A stretch of 64,000 nt of DNA from IMG/VR virus record IMGVR_UViG_3300035497_000162, positions 32,001 to 96,000 of that record, one strand, 5' to 3'. Shown here piece after piece: positions 61,159-64,000 of the stretch. Source of the DNA: a virus. Lineage: Duplodnaviria; Caudoviricetes. A model generated the notes under the pieces. It worked only from the letters and a program-made list of their open reading frames with translations, made no database searches and was not told where the DNA came from. The position numbers and the translations under genes are program-made. Position 1 is the stretch's first letter, and each line of letters opens with the position of its first letter.

Positions 61159-62670
61159 ATGAGTTTACCTAGAGTTAATGTAAACGTTGGAGAAGAAACT
61201 ATAACAGCTTCTAATTTAGAAATTCCATTTATTCCAGCAGTTTTAATGAAAACAAAATCTGGACCTATTGGAACTGTAGAAACTGTTTCTAGTGAATCTC
61301 AGTTCAAAGCAATGTTCGGAGAGTCTGATTATACAACACCTTCTGCTTATGCTATTCAAACATATTTAAGAAGTTATTCTTATATTTATATTACTAGATT
61401 AGCAAATGAAAATGAAGCTAAACTTGGTACTGGTAAAATGACATTTACTCAAGATTCTGATACAGTAGAATTAATGTCAGCCACTACTAAATATAAAACA
61501 GATTTATTTAACGGAAAAGAAATAAAATTAGTATATGATAATACTAATCATAAAATATGGATAGATGTATCTTCTATTACTGGAAAGAATACAATATCTA
61601 TAAAAGAAGATTTTACAGCAGATACTGCAACTGCTGAAACCTTATCTACAGCTTTAGATAAAATTATAAATTCAATAAATGTGTCTAATTTAGGATTTAC
61701 TTTAACTAACCTATTCGTTGATAAAACAAGTTCAGATAAAGTACCATCTATTGATTTATTTAATGCTGGATTTAGTCTTTATATTGAAGAAGGAGATAGT
61801 GGTAATAGTACTTTATTAGATGATTCTAAAGTTAAGGAAGCCATTGATTTATATGATATTCCTGATAGAGATATAGATGTAATGGTTATACCAGAATATA
61901 CTAATCATACTATAGTAAATTATGCTACTGAATTAGCTGAAAAAAATAACTTTGTATTTTTAGTATCTGCTAAAGGTAATACTGTAGATGAAGTTAAAAC
62001 TAATATAACTAACTATAATACAGATAATAAAGGGAGTTTAGTAATTTATTATCCAGATGTATATTACAATAACTTCTATGATAATGAAGGTAATTTACAA
62101 GCTATACCACTATCAGTAGCAGTATTACACACTTATGCTAAAACAGATAATTTAACTAAATGGGGAGCCCCAGCTGGAGTAACTAGGGGTACTTTATCTT
62201 TAGTAAATAGTCTTACTGTTAAATTATCTGAAGAAATGATTACTGAACTTTATGATAATACTATACCTGTAAACTGTATAAATACTATTTCAGGTAAAGG
62301 ATTTATAGTTTGGGGAAATAAAACAACTTCTGGAGATAGTAATTTCTTTGATAGAATTAATATATCAAGATTAGTTAAATATGTAACTAAACAAGTAGCT
62401 TTAATTTCTTGGGATTATCTATTTGAACCAATTACTTTAGACGTATTTACTGGCTGGACTAGTAGAGTAACTACTTTACTAGATAATATTAAATCTAGCT
62501 ATGGAATAGCTGCTTATGATGTTACTATGGATGATTCTATAAATACACCAGAAACTATAGCAGCAAACCAATTAAATGGTATTATTAAAATAAAACCACA
62601 AGAAGTAGCAGAGTTTATTAATATAGACTTTACAATCACTGATACTGTAGCTGTATCAGTAGAAGAATAA
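61159..62670 (+). CDS. tail sheath protein
   Basis: PRVNV, WGAPAGVTRG, VWGNKT, DRINISRL, LFEP, AEFINIDF. Confidence 0.93.
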   Translation: MSLPRVNVNVGEETITASNLEIPFIPAVLMKTKSGPIGTVETVSSESQFKAMFGESDYTTPSAYAIQTYLRSYSYIYITRLANENEAKLGTGKMTFTQDSDTVELMSATTKYKTDLFNGKEIKLVYDNTNHKIWIDVSSITGKNTISIKEDFTADTATAETLSTALDKIINSINVSNLGFTLTNLFVDKTSSDKVPSIDLFNAGFSLYIEEGDSGNSTLLDDSKVKEAIDLYDIPDRDIDVMVIPEYTNHTIVNYATELAEKNNFVFLVSAKGNTVDEVKTNITNYNTDNKGSLVIYYPDVYYNNFYDNEGNLQAIPLSVAVLHTYAKTDNLTKWGAPAGVTRGTLSLVNSLTVKLSEEMITELYDNTIPVNCINTISGKGFIVWGNKTTSGDSNFFDRINISRLVKYVTKQVALISWDYLFEPITLDVFTGWTSRVTTLLDNIKSSYGIAAYDVTMDDSINTPETIAANQLNGIIKIKPQEVAEFINIDFTITDTVAVSVEE

Positions 62671-62689
62671 TTAAAAGGAGGTATAAGAT

Positions 62690-63235
62690 ATGAGTACACA
62701 AACAAATCCTAATGTTAGTACCATGACATTGACTGCAACTCGTTTTAATAATAGAGAATATCAGTTACAAAGAAAAAATCATTTTGATGTAACTTTTCAA
62801 GAGAATGATTTTATAAACAGTGATTTGAAGTTTATGTTAGTTAATTTCCCATTACCTAAAGAAACTACTGAATCTTCTGATATTAACTATTTTAACCAAA
62901 CTATAAAAGTTGCTGGCAAAACTACTTTTGATACTACTACAATGACATTAAGAGATGCCATAGACTATGATACTGAAATGAAATTCTTACAGTGGAGAAA
63001 ACAAGTTTATAATCCTAGAACAGGGACTATGGGATTAGCTGCTGATTATAAATGCAAAGCAATAGTTCATGAGTATACTCCTAATGGGGAAGTGTATAGA
63101 ACTTGGATAGTAGAAGGTTGTTGGCCATCAGGAGTAGATTATGGTGAGTTAACTTATGATGATGGTGGAGAAAAACAAATTTCTGTAACAATAACCTATG
63201 ATTTTGCTTATAGAGATGAGAAAGAAGAAGAATAG
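62690..63235 (+). CDS. tail tube protein (gp19-like)
   Basis: KVAGKTTF, W...VYNP.TG.MGLAADYK, GCWPS, VTITYD. Confidence 0.88.
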   Translation: MSTQTNPNVSTMTLTATRFNNREYQLQRKNHFDVTFQENDFINSDLKFMLVNFPLPKETTESSDINYFNQTIKVAGKTTFDTTTMTLRDAIDYDTEMKFLQWRKQVYNPRTGTMGLAADYKCKAIVHEYTPNGEVYRTWIVEGCWPSGVDYGELTYDDGGEKQISVTITYDFAYRDEKEEE

Positions 63236-63238
63236 TAT

Positions 63239-63272
63239 AAAAATGAACTAGAAATCATTCTAGTTCATTTTT
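63239..63272 (+). terminator. intrinsic terminator
   Basis: AAAATGAACTAGAA/TTCTAGTTCATTTT inverted repeat. Confidence 0.75.
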
Positions 63273-63434
63273 TATTTTAAAGTAATTATTTATATTAATG
63301 AATATATAATATGCTTAGATTTTAATTCTAATTAGTAAAATAATAAAATATTATTTACATTAACTTTATATATAATTATAGAAATATTTATAGTAATATA
63401 TTTTTATTTAATAATAATTTTAGGAGGAATTTTT

Positions 63435-64000
63435 ATGGAAACAATTGAAAAAACTTATCAATTACCTAGTAATGGAATTTTTGGAGGTCCTAAAGAAATA
63501 ACTTTAAGAGCCATGACTACTAAAGAAGAAAAAATACTATTATCTACTAGAGATTTTAATGTATTCGATAGATTAGTTAAATCTTGCTGTGTAGAGCCTA
63601 AGGATTTAGATACAGGATTATTACATCAAAATGATATAATGTATTTAACTTATGCTTTAAGAGACTTAACTTTTGGAAATACTTATATACAAGAAATAGA
63701 ATGTCCTAACTGTGGATTTAAACAAGAAATAGAAGTAGATATTTCAGAGATGGAATTATCTATACTAGATACTGATAATATAGAAGAAAGGCTTCAAGTA
63801 ACTTTACCAGTAAATGGTGATAGCTTACAATTAAAACTATTATCTACAGGAGATAATAAAAGAATATCTAAAATAGTAAAGAATAAAGCTGCTAAGGGAA
63901 AATTACAAGATCCAGATTCTTATGAATTTTCTTTAAAACTAATGGAAACTATAGTTACTAGAAATGGAGAAGAATTTGATGATTTTGAAGAAAAAAGACA
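63435..64000 (+). CDS. baseplate hub assembly protein (gp26-like), truncated by the window end
   Basis: LPSNG...LRAMTTKEEKILL...D..YL..ALR...CPNCG. Confidence 0.75.
   Translation, partial: METIEKTYQLPSNGIFGGPKEITLRAMTTKEEKILLSTRDFNVFDRLVKSCCVEPKDLDTGLLHQNDIMYLTYALRDLTFGNTYIQEIECPNCGFKQEIEVDISEMELSILDTDNIEERLQVTLPVNGDSLQLKLLSTGDNKRISKIVKNKAAKGKLQDPDSYEFSLKLMETIVTRNGEEFDDFEEKR

Noticed and set aside
1705-62705. Short minus-strand and nested ORFs in the ORF track (e.g. 1705, 3805, 5660, 22768, 50644, 55905)
   Set aside because: Shadows of longer + strand genes, without RBS or motifs.

Overview
64 kb of an AT-rich, large T4-like myophage genome. All real genes are on the + strand. The host is probably a spore-forming Firmicute/Clostridia (SpoVS, two SpoVG, sigma-A promoters). 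The window carries replication and recombination genes (ligase, SSB, RecA, split SbcC, SbcD, primase, DnaX, an iteron origin with an HTH initiator), anti-defence genes (three MTases, ArdA, Tad2-like), a tRNA cluster and the head/tail module. Main discovery: one intact TnpB/Cas12f-like nuclease (8882-10126) and eight dispersed guide cassettes (seven recognisable, one collapsed). Each has a ~70-nt tracr/omega-like scaffold; in the five full-length ones it ends in the type II-A leader motif ATTTGAG (ATTTGAA in one) and is followed by 36-bp repeats with 27-30-nt spacers. No cas1/cas2 lies in the window. Several spacers match genes of this same phage with seed or synonymous mismatches, so they probably target sister-phage alleles (candidate TAM CCT). 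Some cassettes abut tRNAs. Second discovery: six in-frame CGG codons in five conserved genes each require a +1 skip (C-GGN read as Gly), which suggests systematic recoding. Also present: two group I introns (glyA, terL), a naturally split intein flanking a GIY-YIG gene, and a homing endonuclease that replaced the terL 3' end. All matches were found by eye; no database searches were run.
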